Assembly: GCA_030390025.1 (NCBI GenBank)
Contig: CM059449.1
Span: 14,880,001-14,944,000 of the forward strand
Reading direction: 5' to 3'
Source: Squalus acanthias
Taxonomy: Eukaryota
Length of the DNA: 64,000 nucleotides
Shown here: positions 63,815-64,000 of the stretch, in pieces
Position numbering within the stretch: the stretch's first letter is position 1
Layout of the letters: the number at the start of each line of letters is the position of its first letter
The notes under the pieces: model-generated
Told to the model about the DNA's origin: nothing
Database searches by the model: none
Seen by the model: the letters and a program-made list of their open reading frames with translations, nothing else
Program-made: the position numbers and the translations under genes

Positions 63815-64000
63815 ATCAGATCACAGAACCTGTATTACATTTTGGTAGGAAGAATAGGGAGGTCACTTGGAGGGTGCGAGTCTAGGTGGGGTAGAGGAAC
63901 AAAGGGATCTCGGAGTACAAATACACAAATCACTAAAAGTTGCGACACAGGTTAGCAAGGCCATAAAAAAGCAAACCAAGCACTAGGGTTTATTTCTAGA
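63815..64000 (+). mobile_element. CR1 LINE fragment running off the window end
   Basis: tacattttggtaggaagaat..gggatctcggagtacaaatacacaaatcactaaaagttgcg; last 40 bp match 33623-33665. Confidence 0.7.

Noticed and set aside
1-64000. CRISPR array or prokaryotic operon
   Set aside because: No repeat-spacer arrays; content is vertebrate introns, exons and retroelements

Overview
Eukaryotic, repeat-rich vertebrate genomic DNA. The repeat set (many CR1 and L2 LINE fragments, a Deu-domain SINE, Penelope-like elements, Harbinger-type MITEs) and the gene content point to a cartilaginous fish; this is inference, and the species cannot be determined. Two intron-containing immune-receptor genes of the NKp30/NCR3-like, germline-joined VJ-type IgSF family lie on the + strand. 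Gene A (6522-19475, leader not found) can be spliced in frame from four tandemly duplicated 339-bp V exons, an uncharged TM exon, a 41-nt cytoplasmic exon and a terminal exon with two ITIMs (VQYSAL, VAYSLV), giving a predicted four-domain inhibitory receptor. Gene B (V exon 36922-37266, TM exon 39243-39380, then putative micro-exons) has one V domain and an NKp30-like 'LRA' Arg at the TM border, so it may be the activating partner. Its best candidate leader exon carries an in-frame TAA. The window also holds three Penelope-type insertions built as inverted-repeat hairpins, each with a tail, a 14-16 bp TSD and minimal hammerhead ribozyme motifs. All exon models were read by eye and have no transcript support.
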